A stretch of 63,998 nt of DNA, filler included, from Basidiobolus ranarum (Eukaryota): the NCBI GenBank assembly GCA_040143965.1. It is 12 parts of 12 records of this genome, joined end to end, with 100 filler letters (N's around TTAATTAATTAA, not from the genome) between each part and the next. Parts side by side here need not be neighbours in the genome. Positions count along the whole stretch, not along the records: positions 58,992 to 63,998 come from JASJQH010008621.1; 11 more parts are not named here. One strand, 5' to 3'. Shown one piece after another: positions 61,497-63,998 of this stretch; the first letter of the stretch is position 1; each line of letters opens with the position of its first letter. Both the position numbers and the translations under genes were made by a program. Under the pieces are notes generated by a model. It was not told the origin of the DNA. It made no database searches and saw nothing but the letters and a program-made list of their open reading frames with translations.

Positions 61497-63246
61497 TTAC
61501 TCCGCAGGATTAACTTTCCAAGAATATATGGCATCACTGATATCGCACTCGTTGTCTGATTCACTTGACAACAAGCTATCTCCATAGCGCTCTCGATCTT
61601 CGGCAGACGCATGCTGTTGCCATATTTCTTGAAACGAGTATATCAGGGTTCTTAATCCATGTAAATATCCACCGTCAGGGCCAGGTTTGGTTGGAGGATA
61701 TGGAACAGTCTTATCTTTCCGTAGAGTTTGGGCATTTGTCACAGAGTTGGCGAAGTCTATCATTTTAATGCTTATTTCTTTGGAATCGTATGGTTCGGTA
61801 GAATCGTATACAAACAATAAGCTACTGGCATAGAAGCGATAGCAATCGGTATTCTTAACCGCCCGAGATAGTGATTGAAGTTTCCTCACTATGGTGGGAA
61901 TGTGTCTGGTGGCAACTTGCTCACCATCGTACAAATACGCTTCAAGTGCAGACTTGAAGCCGGCCTCGTTGAGCTTTCTACCGTGGTACTTATTTTGATA
62001 ATATACTTCGTTGATTTTTGGGCGAGAAACCTACAAATAATAAAGTTAGAAATGAATATTACTCATTAGTAAAGTTGAACTATTAATAAAATACCTGCAT
62101 GCCACACATACGAACACCGAGAGACTTGCTAGTACTCTTTGCGCACTTTAGTGTCTGAGAATCGTATTTTTTCTTCGTAGCATTCACTCCATATTGGCGA
62201 GTTCCCATTTTCAAGTCCAAGATACATGGAGATTTTATACCATCCACTAGATCCTCTAATAACATCCATTCCTTGATGTCTTCCGAGGCTGTGCTATTGG
62301 CACGAAATCTTTTGTAACATTGAACAGACCAAGGGTTAGTGAACTTCTCTTTGTGAGGTCTAGGCAACGATGCTTCCACGACTGGCACAGGAGTTGTACT
62401 GTCTCGACTGACCTTCCTGCTCAAAGAAGGTCTCACTTGTGGTGTAGATTTACGTCTTTGCATGACATACTTGGTCGCGTCCCCTCTTCTCTCAGATTCA
62501 GATGATCCTTGATCCGTATCCTTGGTAGGTGTAGGGGAAAGTAGTTCTTTCACAATCTGTTCTTTCAACTCGTTGTTAGCTTTAGACAAACCAGGGCATG
62601 ATTTGTTTAAAACTGATTCATTTGAGCCACGAAAAGACAATTTTTTGACCAGCCAATCGGGCAAAATATGTCGATTTTTGGTGAATATGAACTCTGGAGT
62701 CAACTCTCCTGAACGTTCGGTTTTGAAGTTGATATTGATTACACCAATATATTTGGCAGTAAAGGAAAGTAGTTCTGGGTGATTGGCCTCGATATGCTCA
62801 TAAAAATTCTTTTCGTGAACGTTTAATGGCTTACAAAGAGCTTTACGTGAGAACCTAAGAAGAGGTGTGTGGCCTCCCACTTGATTCTTGTATGGGATTA
62901 GCGGAATGGAGGTGGAATATAATATCTCTTCTGAGATGTCGACCCCTTCTTCGCATTGACCATTGTCAAGGTTTTTGAGGGTACGATCTGCGGGTTTGTG
63001 GTCTAGGTTTTGATTTCGCCAGAGGTTTTCGGGACACAAGGTTGAGGGATTAGCTGTGAGTATGGCGGATATTCCATGTTTGGTCATAACCTCAGCACTT
63101 GTACTAACGGGTAGAGAATCAGTGGCTAAACTATGCGCCTCGGATGGGGAAAGTCTATGCAACATTTCAATAGGGTGATCGTATAGTTTAAGGGCTATTC
63201 TGGAGGGTTTTTCAGGAAGTGGTTGAGGTAATTCTACTGAATTCAT
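61497..63246 (-). CDS. KCS1: Inositol hexakisphosphate kinase (IPK family, Kcs1-like), 2 coding exons, about 561 aa
   Basis: Exons 63246-62095 and 62030-61497. Motifs QVGGH, LCKPL..E..FYE, LLEDL..PCILDLKMGTRQYG, LGVRMCGMQV, YRFYASSLL, MIDFA and GPDGGYL. Probable 5' UTR intron 63317-63252 and TATA near 63610. Confidence 0.92.
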
Positions 63247-63998
63247 CAACTCTGCGAATAACAAATAATATTAGTACACTATAATTAATGAATAGAATAA
63301 GAATATCAAACTCTTACAAGGATATCAAGTATAATATTATTATTCTTAAGTGAATGGAGAAGGGTGAAAATGGAATTTAAACTCAGTGCTTCAGTTACAA
63401 AATGCAAATAGAACACAGAATAACGACACGCAGCGAAAGAAATGTAGGTATAGAGGAGGAGTCGTATTCGGGAAGTGTACGTGTGAGGGGGTTTGTTTAG
63501 ATGGACTGTGTAAAAATATAATATATGTAGGTTGGAAAGGGTTGATTGAGAGAAAAGTATCAACTGAACCGATAAAACAAGTGTATCATGAGGCATGGTA
63601 GGTCCTTTTATATATTTATGCATCACTTGCCTTTTCGCCCCATTCCGTCAGAAGACCGAATTTTTGCGGATCAGTCCGCACCAGAATCTCAATTCAGAAT
63701 GATCATGGTGTATTCAATTGAAAGAAGCATTTTAAAATGGGGTGTGATACCGCCTCATGATTGGTGAGAGTTTTGAAATTGAGTAGATTTTCCGGAATGA
63801 TATTAAAACCAGCAGCAAAAGGAAACAAGAGAAGTACTTCACCTACACTATTGAAACGACCAATCCGTTGCCTGTTTCGTATTAACATGGCAAAGGTGCC
63901 AAGAGTGATTTGGTGCACGTATCTTGACATGGACCGAATGATATTATAGTAGTTTATCACCTGTGCCGAATTCTGGACAGAATAGATTGAGAATCTCG

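Overview
This window is fungal genomic DNA, not one locus. Twelve contigs of about 5.2-5.3 kb, in descending size order, are joined by artificial 100-nt N/TTAATTAATTAA linkers, so adjacency across a linker means nothing. Short GT-AG introns, the gene content and TTAGGG repeats suggest an early-diverging fungus (Zoopagomycota/Basidiobolus-like is my inference, not a database result). Intact host genes: MND1, an AIG2/GGCT-like gene, a PWWP-domain gene, an AA11-type chitin LPMO, RPS21, SEC2 and a KCS1-like IP6 kinase. A second LPMO copy and an S/T-rich CBM19 protein are cut by contig ends. About half the window is CpG-depleted decayed transposons: CACTA/EnSpm, two copia families with solo LTRs, a Tf/sushi-like gypsy and a non-LTR element. 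The most unusual locus is 48318-53555. There a non-LTR RT element, with a long open and almost CpG-free ORF, has its 3' end joined to telomeric repeats, behind a second telomere-bounded 3'-end fragment. The endonuclease position of that element is occupied in frame by half of a bacterial-looking SDR gene. Several eroded relics of normally single-copy genes are also visible.
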